From the NCBI GenBank assembly GCA_949358305.1, contig OX442314.1, forward strand, positions 13,578,001 through 13,642,000: a stretch of 64,000 nt of DNA, in the 5' to 3' direction. Positions 51,870-64,000 of this stretch are shown piece after piece. The position numbers were made by a program, and so were the translations under genes. Each line of letters begins with the position of its first letter. The stretch's first letter is position 1. The notes beneath the pieces are model-generated. The model made no database searches, was not told where the DNA came from, and was given only the letters and a program-made list of their open reading frames with translations. This DNA comes from Strigamia acuminata (taxonomy: Eukaryota).

Positions 51870-54800
51870 ATAGCCTTAATTATTTTGTCAGAATTTACTA
51901 CCAAAAGTAATAAACAAAAATAAAAAGTAATTATTACTTACGGTATTTAATTTCTTTAGAATAAAAAAATATGTATTAAAATTGGAAATTGAGAAGAAAC
52001 AAACTTCTTGACAACATTGGAATATAAGGAATATTTATCTGACATTTCATTTCTACGAACAGTGGACGGATAGAAACGAGGATTGACGTTTATCCGTTTT
52101 ATTGCCGGGTTCTTAATTCCGGTGGGAATTCGATGGAGTGGTCGTCTCGCTGTGCCCAACTCAGATGCTCGTACCCGAGTTATACGGTCCAAGGAATTAT
52201 TTATTAATTGGAATCACACGACTATTGGGAAAGGAGATTTTCTCGCACGAACTGTCCATCATCAAACTTTCATTGTCCAGCAATTCACTGCTCCTCGCTC
52301 CCAATACATTTTAATTTCTGAGTACGAGCGAGCAAAAGATGAGAGAAACGAGGATGAGGAGGGCAAAGCGACTGATGGTTAGTGCGTGACCCGGCCTCAC
52401 AATCCTTCGTGCACGGCTATAACTGCACAGAACCGAAACTCGTTGGCATGCCAACCATATTCTCTGCTTTCGACGCCAAGTGGACACCAGAAACTCAACG
52501 AATGAAGGAAAAGCGCTTCTCCTGCCAACTTAAATTTCTTTTTTAATAACCGAGATACGATAAAAATTAAAATTAAAAGAAAGTGAAAAATCAATCAATT
52601 CAAATCAATTTTCACAGCATTCTTTTGTCTCTCTCTGATCGTATTCGGGAGACAACTGCATTTTCTCTAATTAAATTTCTCTCCAATCAACCAGCCACTC
52701 ATGTTCGGCTCCCCACATCGGCACGTGCTGTGCATCGCGCTAAGAAACGAGACAAGTTTATTCACCAGATACGATTTTTCATTACTTTCTTTTACAAGAA
52801 AAAGAATAAAAAAAATGCCTCAAACTGTTTCACTCTTACAATACAAATAAGTTGGAAATGATCAATTGAAAAAATACCAACTTATGCACGAACCCAATAT
52901 ACTCGACTCTTTTTCTGGTCTGGATAATTTAACGAATCTCACAAAAGAACATCGGCGCCGATAATTATAATTAATGGATAGAACGGGCCCAGGCAGATTG
53001 AGGTAGGGTGGAAGAAGGGTGGCGGAGGCGAAAAGAAGAAGCCTCTCGGGTCTGTCATTAATAATATACTGCACCCTGATTTCCCGAGGAAGATAATTTG
53101 TTTCGTTGTCACTAGTCTCTCCTTCAGCAACCCCTCGAGGCATCTCAAATAACCAAAAATTCCAACCAGGTGCGATGGAAGGAGAACAATAAAATAAGGA
53201 ATGTGTACAATACAAATCAAGTTCATAATTAACTATACAATACGTGAATTCAAAGCTTAAATATCAACAGATTGTTGTTGTTTCATTTAAACCAGCTATA
53301 GAAAGTCCATTGACTGGGTCTACAATGTCGTAAATCTTAATAAAATCTGTCCCTCTCATTCCCTCGGATTTGGGGGGTAGTAGCTAATAGATTTTGCTCA
53401 GGACAACGTCAACTGAGGGGAGCAATAGGTAATTGGGAAATACGAGCAAAATTCCCAACGCCCTTTTCCCCCAACTCGTTCATAATGGCTGAGAGAGAAT
53501 AGAAGAGAAAGAGAATGAGAATAAAAGAGAGAAAGAGAGAGAGAGCAAGAGCAACATTTAGAATTTGACTTGCAGCTCGGCTCGAGTTGTTTTCTGTTTA
53601 TCGCAAAGTGCATGAACCGGTTAGAAAAAATAGACGCGCAACACAATTTTGACTCGGTGTTAATCAACGCATGGAACTAATCTCATTAAAGCCTTCACCG
53701 AGAACACTCCCCTCTGACACACAACACGTGTACGGCGTGTACGGAGGGGAAACTGCTAAAACTATCAGGAGGAGCTTTTTATATTTTTCTTCTCTTTTTT
53801 CTTTTGTGCTTAAAAAAGAGAAAAAAAATCTCATTGCATTAGGTTTTGAAGAAAATATGATTCTTGTTTTTAATACGTGTCTGTTTTTACTACCGTCGAT
53901 GTTAACAACTTCATTATTTTGTCTCTCTTTTTTTTGGCTCATGGCTATGAATTGTGAGAATAGCATTTATCCTTATCACCAATTCCTCTTTTTATAGCTT
54001 CTCATTATCCTTCGGGTGTTTTATCTGGAATCCAGATAAGAAACACGACGAGACAGAAAAGGACTATTAATACAATCCACCTCGTAATTTTCTCAGTGAC
54101 CAGAAAGCACAGTCAGAGGGAGACCACTCGTGATTTGGGGGCGCCCTCGTTTAGCTGCTGGAAGAAATTAACACATCTAATGATGATGAAGGAAACGGCA
54201 CCCGAAATAGAAAGCCAAGCATGGATGAAAGAGGGAAATTGGCAGGGGTAGTCGGAGGGCGCAGAAAGAGCAGCAGAGTTCCCCATGGCCTTCGAGGCTT
54301 GCTTAGACTTGAACGCAATTAGACTGCTGCACTACTATAGAAAGAGGTTGCCAAGAGACTGCGTGGCGAGAGGGTAATCTGGATCCAGATAAATTTACTT
54401 TAATCGCATTAGACGGAGCGCTTAACAAGGAAACTCTTATCGGCCTACAGTCACGCTTTGAATAAAAAGAAAGAGCAAACAACAAACTTATTGGAATTAT
54501 GGAGAAGACGAATCGTTAACTTGCTTCTTTTCTCTCGTCTCGTTGCAAATTGCATCGATGTCAGGTGAAGAAGAGGCACTGTATAAACGGAGAATTATAT
54601 TCTTATCCTGCTCGTGATGCTTTTGATCCGGAAAAAGATGAACGTGGTCAAACCAATCCCCGGTTGTTGTTTCATGGATCATCAGCTCCGTGATGAAGGA
54701 AAACCCCGGTCTTAGCCTCTTTATCCCCAGGATAATATTGGCTCAATTGATTTCTAATCTAGAAAATGTGATGCCTTGCACAGAACATTGAAATACCTGT

Positions 54801-56750
54801 CTTGAGTGTAGTAAATATATTATGATACGTTTATTTAACTTTTAAATTTTAACTCGGCAAAACATAGTTAAATATGCACGGATCGCCGGTGATAAAATGT
54901 CAACCTTGACTTTTTAGGTCTGTGTCTCATTCTATCAACGTTCGCGACATCTTCTGTATTAAGATGCTATAAAATTAATTTGTTCTCGTAGTTTTATGTA
55001 AAATTCTTCGTGTTTCCTAGGAAATTTTTCCCACTTTGTTATAGCAGTTTAAAAAAAAACAGAGCAAAAGAGTTTATGTATTTATTCTATTCTTTTTTTA
55101 TTTTTTGTACTCGTTGGCTTTTACGATTTAAGACCGAGCCACAACGTTCTATCAGACACAACATTTTTCGCTTTCTGCTAATGGAATGGGTGAAAACGCA
55201 TGTGAGAGAAGATGAGTAGAAGGAGAAGACGCCTTAACTCGCTCGCTCTAGCGTCTCGCGTTTCATCAGAGTGGCTCTCAATGGGAAAAAGGAATATTCG
55301 CAAAACAAAAGCAATAAAAAAACGCGAGCGCCACCGACCGACAAAGCAAAATTGCCTCGAACGTTCACAAAACTGCTTCACCATCTGACAGTAGACATCA
55401 GAGATTCTTTTGGTGGCGTTTCTGCAGGACGCCCGAGCGCGACAACCAAAAAAGCTGAAAATATGCCCTCAAAACACACTTTAATAAAAATATACATAAA
55501 CCGGTATGTACCAAATAAATAAATAACATTTTTGCCAATTTTCCATTTTTAAGGATGCTTTAAAGATGCTTTTATGACTGATTCTGTAAAAGAAAAATCT
55601 GGACAGAATTAAGTGTCATCACCTGATGTAATACTAGTATACTAGTTTGTTTTATCTGTATTCATAAAATTCTTATTATTATGCGTATAAGAACAATAAA
55701 TTTTCAAACTTATTCATTTATAAAATTATTTTACGCAGTATTTCATCATAAATTTTGTACTAAAATAAATTCCCAGACCGGCAAGCAAACACCAATTATT
55801 TATTTCCATTACTAGTAAGATTTGATCTGATCTGGCAAAGCATGAAAATGAAATATGGAGATAGTGATACAAATCTTTACTGGAAGCATGCATTCGAACA
55901 GACAACGACGCTTTAACAAACAATCGTGTACAGCTTTGCTGGAATTGTTTGTTCCCAATTAGAAGTGATTCTTTTGGAGTTTGGACACTTCTTAAAACAG
56001 TGATTCCAAAAGGATCTATGCATCGATTGACCGCTCTGAAAAAGCAGCTTAAGATGCCAAGTTCGATCGCTTTGCGCTTTGGCGTTTTCTTCTCAGTAGG
56101 CAAGTTGTGCTGGGATTGGAAAGGAAAAAAAGAGTTAGCCACAGAGAAAAAGAAATAGGTTGCATTATGTGAATGACAGGCTAGTGCACAGCAAGTGACA
56201 ACAAAGAGCCTTTAGGTACATGTTTAAACTCTATGCGGGGCTGCAATGCTCTCACTTTAATCCTACAAACTCGGAAAAATAAATGAGCACCCAAAGAACA
56301 CGTTTCTAAAATACACTTTCTGAAGTAAGTAGTGTGCAATTCACTTTAAAAGTTTAATTGATATTTATACAAACTAAGAAATGTGTGTGGTAGGTACTAG
56401 TTTGGTTAAAAGAAGATGAAAATTCTTCCTATTGATATTCAACGCATACGCACAACAGCAAAGGAGCAGAATCCACTAATGAACCAATTGCGAATACGTC
56501 ACGGCCACGTGCGTTTTCCAATTCAATTACATCAATTAGCTCCACCTCAGATGCAATGCAGAGCGGCTTTATCGAGAACTTTTTTTTTTATTCATCTCAT
56601 TCCGACATCAACTCAAAATTCATCAAATTTAAGCAAATGCAAGCTGGGCGATCAAACCAAAAGCAATGACGCGCTGCAACAGAACTTTGTAATGAATATT
56701 GAAATATCGAGAATCTGATCTTTATCATCAACTAATTAATCAACAAAAAA

Positions 56751-56790
56751 AAAATAAATAAATAAATAAATAAATAAATAAAAAAATAAA
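56751..56790 (+). repeat. (AAAT)n microsatellite
   Basis: About seven contiguous AAAT units embedded in an A-tract. Confidence 0.85.
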
Positions 56791-59700
56791 AATAGTGATT
56801 GACACCAACATTTAATGAAAATTTCATTTTCCCTATACCTATCTCCCAACATATTACTTGGCTAGCTTGTTTGTTGGACTTGGCTGATAAAGATTTCCCT
56901 GCGGCCCCCAATACAACGAATTACGAGCAAAACCGTTAATTCTGATAATTAGCTTTTTGCCACATGCGTGGCGAGTGGAGTGGTAGAAGAAAGTGAAGTT
57001 AGGGAGGCGAGACAATTATCTTTTCGCTTCAACGATGGTAAGCGAGACAGAATTCTAATGAGCAAAAGAAAAGGAAGTGATACTCGCTAAAACGAATAAA
57101 ACGAGTGAAAGGATTTTATCTTATTAAAAGTAACGAGAAAGGAGACAAGCTTAAGTCCAGCGGGAACATCTATTAGACTTAGACTAACTAATTAATTTAA
57201 GAAACATGGCCGAGGCTCGACCCGCACAATTGCATGAAATGAAGGCGGAATAAAGAAAAGAGATATACAATTCAAAAATGTTGTAATAGGAGTTGATAGG
57301 GTCGAGGTGATTTGTCCGTACGGATGATGGATCGGGCCATCGACCAACTGTCACGGAAGAAATCATCCGCGAAATTCCTAGCAACCCCTTTGGACGAACC
57401 ACCAACGACCTGTACGCAGCGCCCCGCATACACAAACCCGTGATGGATGACATCACGCGCCTACGCCAAAAGAGCGTTGCGCCTGTCAAACTACACGATT
57501 GATTGACTTGTCTTCGACACACGACTAAAGTTGATACAAGGGATACTTGCCAACACCGACAATTCCTCTCCTTGTGCTCGTTTTGTTCACACTAGTGGAT
57601 CTGTGTGGACCTTGCTACGTCGATTGTATTCCGAGCACGCACGTCCGTCGTTCGTGTTCGGCTCTCCGCATACCCATCATATGTCTGGCTAATGGCCGGG
57701 GCTCGCTCGAGTCGCACGCCATGAATTTTCGATCTCGATGGCGCCCTCTTTGCAGCATTCTTGCCACGAGGAACACAGCTCTTCACCTCAAATTCAATCA
57801 GTCCAAACTCCCTCGCCCTTTCCCGTTTCCACGCGGGGTCGTCAAGTCCATGTCATGCGTCTACAAAGCACTGAGCGCAAGGGGGTAGCGCGCAAAATAA
57901 GCCTATATACTCGGGATACCAATTAAACTAACACGACAGAAGAAAGACAGAACTTCCATTACTTTGCAACATGTTAAGGAAACTCATGCAAAGTGGCTGT
58001 CTACTTAATTTACCACTTGGCTAAAATATGCAAAGCTTTCTCCATTCCTAAAACAAAGTCATCGCCATGCGTCTATCCGAATTTCCGCTTTTCGTTTTGC
58101 TGCTATTCCCCATTGCCACGTACGGTTTTTCGCCCTTCTCCACTTTACCCTTGGTCATAAATATCAGAGCCCCCCCCCCCCACCTTCACTCCACCCCCCC
58201 AGATCGAAGTGCGGGGAATCTTCGCATGGAAGGACTCGCACACTTCCTAACATCTCGTGTGCTAAAGGAAAAAAAAATCTGGCAACATCAAGTCACTTCC
58301 CCATCCTCCTCTGGTCGTCTTTTTACTCCGGCTGCCAGTCAATCCTCCCTGAGCAAGGTGGTGGGAGAGGAAATTCAATAGCATGATACAAAGATTTCTT
58401 TCGACAGTAAAAGCTACAATGTATTAGAGACACATTTCAGATATAAGAAGAGGGGAGGAAGGAAAAGAGACAAGCCCAGCAAGATATTACCTAGCAGACG
58501 CAAAGGGAGATCGTGTTCTTCAAACTATATACACTTTTCAATATCGTATCTTTTATGTTTACATACAAGATATAAGAAATTTTTATAAAAGCTAAATATA
58601 AGTGCGCCTTTTACGTATGTTGACAAAAGAAAAGTTTGACTTTATCAAACATGTAGTAAAAATCAACAAAATTCAAATTCAAAAAACGCGTAAACATAAA
58701 CTTACCGCGATATACTTTTCAGTAACATAAGCTAATATAGTAGAAAGAAAAACGATTGAAAAAAAGAAGTTTTTACAAGATGTTATAAGCCGTCACGTTC
58801 GACACACAACCAGTGGGTTCTTTTTAACAATAAAGTCAATCACAACAAAAGGTAATCACATTTCCTCGCTGCTGATCACATTTCGTCAAATTAAAGCTGC
58901 ACAAATTTATAAAATGAAGCAACAGTAAAATAATCCCTCGATTGATGCACCTAAGTAAGCAAACGACTAATAAACTATAAAGTAAATCACATTTTGTTAT
59001 ACAAAGATCAGTCGAGAATTTGTTGCATGGTGAAGCGCTTTACGCAGAAAACGAGCAAAAAGGGAAGAGCAAAAAAATGTCGATTTCTGCTTGAATATTT
59101 AAAGAGATTTTTAAAGCGAGATAATTCCTTAAAGATTATTGATCGAATAAAGTCTATCGGGTCGAAAAGACTGACAGGTTTTCACCGCCACAACAAGTTG
59201 TTAATTAAAGAAAAATAAGCATTAAACAATTTACGATTTAAATGAATAAATAGATTTGTTTCGAATCACTAACAGCTTATTAAATAACACAAGGGAAGGT
59301 GATGGGACTTCCGTTTCCGGTTCTTTCATTTCACTTTTGCGTGACATGAGTGAATGAAGTTGTCTGCAGTTGACAACACTGTTCCTCTCTTTCCTGCAGT
59401 TGCACGCGTGTGAATAACCCATTCAAATTCAAAACTACAAAATGTATATAGAAAAAAAATTGTGATAGAAAAAAAAAGTGTTTTCTATTCAAAACATTTT
59501 AAATTTCAGACAGAATTTGGCAATTTTTTGTATAAAACGCAATTTATTATTTTTTTTTTCTTTTTCTTATTTGCCCAGACGGTGGCACTAACAAAATAAA
59601 AACAAAAATTGGCTATCATCAAGTTGAATTGCAGGTCTTCAAACCGAGTCACGCCATTAAATCTATTTGTAGTCATGGTAACAAACAAAGCCAAAGTAAT

Positions 59701-62700
59701 TTATAAAACCTTGTGACCACGTTTTATAAACCCGTTTTTATTTCGTTCAACACGATAATTTATAAGCCAGGCTTTTTTCTTATTCTGCCAGACTTCGATC
59801 GAGCGTCGCCAGCCACTCGTGAAATATCCTCGCGTACACTGCGCGTCCGCCTCTCCCTTGGGGAAGTCGCTAGCCACCTGAGTCATCGACTAGCAACCGA
59901 GCAAAGTCCCTCTAGAGATGAACGACCTCTCCCCAACCCCACCTTCTCTCCAATCCACCTCCAGCATCTAACAAAGTGCCCATCGCCTCCTTCTCCCCTC
60001 CATTTCCTGCCAGGAGAACGTCCATGCACTAGTGGACGCTGGTCATTGTGCGTCGCACGACGAATTTGCAATTTTATCTGGCGCTCATCCATCAGGACCG
60101 CAGAGGACTTATCTCGTGAGGCTGTAAATCAACTCGAAACAAGGTCACTGCCCTTACTCCGTCTACAAATAACAGACGCACCTGTGTCTCTCTCTGTCTC
60201 CCAACATCGTCTAATATTTTTGTTTTCAAATTAAAAGTGCCTTGTTTGTGCCAAACTTTGACTTTTTATGAACGAAAAAATAAAATGAAATAAAATCCAG
60301 CCACCCGATACGGAGGAACATTTTCCTTCGAATAAAGTGACAACAACCAACAACTTCAAATACGGCAACTGTCTTGTGACCGAAACGGAAACAAGACCCC
60401 AACCCTCCGGAAATTGAAGCCAAACAGGAACAGAAAGAGAACGTGGAGACACGCTAAGAGAGAAAGAGAATGAAATAAAACAACAAGTTGTAACCAGTTT
60501 GCAGTTACCCGTCATCTTTAAAAATCCTCACAACACACAAATTCAATTTTCTCCGCCTTCTCAAACGGAAGTCAAAGTTTCCCAAGATTCATCAGGCGAG
60601 ACCAACACGTGACATGGTTGACGACCCACTTCCCCTCCCCTCCTCATCCCCGCTCAACCACCACTTCGAGTGAGATGACTTGGAGTCACGTGCATTTTTG
60701 GTTCGTGACTCCGTCTGCACAAACTTTCGCGTTTTGACGAGCACTTTCGCTTCCTTTCCTGTCCGCGGGCCAAGGGGCAGAACGGGTTGAATCCTCAGCG
60801 CCATATACGAGATTGCGAGTCATTTGTCCATGGGTCTACAATTACCTCGATGTGGTCGCTAAGGGAAGGGGAACCCACTGATTTATGAGGCAAATAAAAG
60901 GACTTTTCCCATCGCACGCAAGAAAAAAATGAAGTTAAAAAAAATGAACGGTCTATTCTACCAGTTATTAATCGCCACTTGGGAGTGCGGCAAAAGTTAG
61001 CAGTTAAAAAAAAATTGGACTTTTTTTTTCTTATTCTGCGTAAAAAGATAAGTTGTAAAAGTCTGGTGGATATGGAGAGTAAACAACGTCTTGGACTGAA
61101 AAAGAAAAAAAATGGTTACTCTGACTGTCAGTAAAGCGCTCGCCGAGTTAACCAGAAGACAAGGCTTCGTCAGAAATTCAATTGCAGCATTTTTCATTTT
61201 ATTAAGAGTAGTATAACTTAATTTTCTTCGCGTGTTTGACTCAGTCACCCAACACATTCGTATAACAGATTCAATTTGTTAGCGGTTGCTTCGCCGGTAA
61301 GAGAAGGCAGAAGGAGTCCGCCACTCTCGACAATTTTCATTAAGAAAGAAAAGAGCAACTTAGGTCCTTTATGTATTGCGTTGCGAGATTCCAGAAAAAG
61401 ACTACACTCATTTAACTATCGCGTCGACGAGATTCACTCGTAAAAAATGCCGTCCTTTCAAGACTACACGTTTTGCACGAAAATGTGAATAAAGGCGGAA
61501 ATTTAAAAGAAAAAAAAAACATTAAAACTGACCACGTGAAAGTAAACTCTTTTCGATGCAACTAAGCATTACAAATGAAAACGTAAAGCGTGAAATTACA
61601 GACGAGAAAGAATTTAGTTCAAAGAGATAAAAAAAAAAAAAAAAAAGGGAAAAGAAGAGTAATCAATTGTAGTTTCAAATTGACCGCCTTGTAGTTGGCT
61701 TTTCGCAGTACAAAAGAGCTTTACAGCAAAGCCTCAGCTAAATGTAAGTTCTGTAGGAGAGAAAAAGTTGTAGAGTAGAGTTTAAAATAGTATTCTGTAA
61801 AAGGCAAGTTTCATCAAGTCTGATATATGTTCCCTCTATTTCCTAATGGTTATTTGATTCCTTTTGACCAACTACTGAATAATAGATGACGCTATTCCAT
61901 CAATTGGCTGCCTAGCATCCGACTGGATAAAACCCTACACATGAGAGACGTCTGATTTAAAAAAAACTTTTTCATACAGTCAAGCTTGAATTTGACTTGA
62001 CTCACGTAAATCAATATCGAAAACTTGTACCAAAGACAATATAACGCTCACTTTTTCTGAAATTGTTTGGTACACTTCGAATAAAAATTAAATTAGATTA
62101 AACGCAGTAAAAAAAAAGATGACATTTGAGGAAAAAATTATCAAACCGCTTTCTGACTCATTTCATCGTAATCTCTATTGGAAAAATGACGTTTAACTGG
62201 CATGAAAAAATTGGCAGATGAGTTTATCTACAAAAGGAAGCATGACGAGCCATTTCTCACGATGACGGAACAAGTAATTAAGAAAACGTCAACTGATTTA
62301 AAAAAGAAATGTAGCGATGAGATCAAATTGTCAATTACATCGATCGACTAATCTACCAAGCATATCAAGTCGGATCAGCGTGTAACTTGATTTCTTTCCA
62401 CTAGCTTTTTACGAGAAACGACAGTCCAACATTCATACTATCCCAAACTCCCTTTCCGACACTTTTGAGTCTTTGACACGGCCTGAAAACCAACAACACA
62501 GCTCGAGTCAGCTCCCTAAAACACATCCAAATTCGCACAAAACTGATGCCATTAGATTCGCATCGACGCCTGCCACTCCCAAAAGAGACCAAAATGTCAA
62601 ACCAAACATCCACACCACTAGACCCATACCGCACACAACGGCGACAAACGTCCAACTTCACTCAAGAGAAACGCCCTTTAAAACTTCTTCCAAACTTCTC

Positions 62701-64000
62701 CATTTCTTCTTCTCTGGAAAGAAAAAAAAATAAATTCATTCGGGGCAAAATCAAATCGATTTGAATGTATGCCAGTGCATTAAAAAAATTAGTAGACTTC
62801 ATTAATTATACGCCGTAAGAAAAGGCAAAAATGAGCTTTGCTCGAAAGAGCTTTTCTTGGAAGTTAAAAAAAAATGTTAAAAAATAAATTAAACTTTATG
62901 GCTAATTATTCCGCTTGGGTTTACTTAACAAATGGCAATAGAAACTAATGAAGTTGAAATCAGACTGACTGAGGATTTAGGCGGATTGAAATCTTAATCC
63001 GCAGACTATCTGAGCAGATGGCTCGACCTCGATATCGAAAATGATCTCATTACAAATACGATTAAAGAGAAAACGTTTTTAGAAAATCTAGAAATTGAAA
63101 AAAATAATATATTTTATAAACTAGAAAATCAATTTTGATTTTTTTTTACCTTATCGTTTAAAAATATCTTTTTTTTTCAATTTTTTTTATAGCATGCCGC
63201 ATTTTATTTTAAATAAAAAATCAAAAAAAATCTAACGTTTCAAGTTGATTGTTCGTGCTGGGACTTATTTAATGCGAGGATCGCTAAAATAAATATGATG
63301 CATCCAAGCGGGAAATTCGCATTAATACCCGGGCGGGCAGAATAAATCCAGAGACAATGCATGAATTTTTCAACTTCCATCACCGTTTCCATGGCATCAT
63401 GCAAGGAAAGATAGACCGTTACCTAGCAACAACAAGTGAATGTATTATGTATAATCAAAATAATGTGGTTTAACTTGATTAGCGCGATGAGATTCAACTC
63501 GTGCATTATCCATCATGTTGAAAATGAAACCGAAAGTGATGTATAACTATTATTTAAAATAAAATTATGAAAGTCAAGCAAATAAAATTTCAAGATTTTC
63601 CTACACAAAAAAGCAAACAAAGAAATAAAGAAATAAAAAATAAAGAAAATTTGCTTTTTAAATTTTATGTTAATGCAATTTCTCAACGAGTAAAACTTGT
63701 AAGATAATCAACAAATTTCCTTATTAAAAATGATAGTGCTCGCTCATCCATTAGCATCTGAACTAATAATTAAGTAATTCCCTAACTTGAAAAAAAAAAT
63801 CTTACCTGATAATTTTTCTTCTTCTTCGGTAGTACAAATGAAAAGGCGAATCAATAATTTACTGGTTGACGTTGAAAACTCCATTACGCTAATATGGTTT
63901 TACAATTAAAAAATGAATGACACTTATTTAAAATTGATGTGTATCCATATTGCTTCACAGCTGAATTATTAAACTTTGCAACATCAGTTAAAATGCAAAT

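Noticed and set aside
57184..60234. Several 100-173 aa ORFs in GC-richer islands
   Set aside because: Most have non-ATG starts and Ser/Pro/Arg-rich composition typical of non-coding frames, with no family motifs recognised. Small exons of an unrecognised gene cannot be excluded.

Overview
AT-rich eukaryotic genomic DNA, most likely from an arthropod-like invertebrate (short ~65-85 nt GT-AG introns, arthropod-style C-type lectins). I could not find a protein-coding gene in the first ~40 kb or the last ~12 kb; these look like intronic or intergenic regulatory DNA with clustered E-box and Su(H)-type motifs. The coding content is all on the + strand between ~40.3 and 49.2 kb: two tandem, ~50% identical C-type lectin domain genes with atypical motifs, and a complete 9-exon 3-hydroxyanthranilate 3,4-dioxygenase gene (HAAO, 288 aa). 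A small TA-flanked Tc1/mariner-pogo-type MITE follows lectin 1. Just 49 bp after the HAAO stop lies a gag-only Ty3/gypsy (Mag-like) LTR element with intact boundaries (49227-51869, TSD ATAGC). Its gag is interrupted by a TSD-flanked 1.07 kb insertion that appears to contain a second nested LTR-like segment with a small tail-anchored membrane ORF. More speculative signals are a 215-bp cluster of matches to both miR-275 and miR-305, twin Su(H)+E-box modules sharing identical 14-mers, and an 86-nt hairpin built from two CTCF-like motifs. All analysis was by eye; no database search was run.
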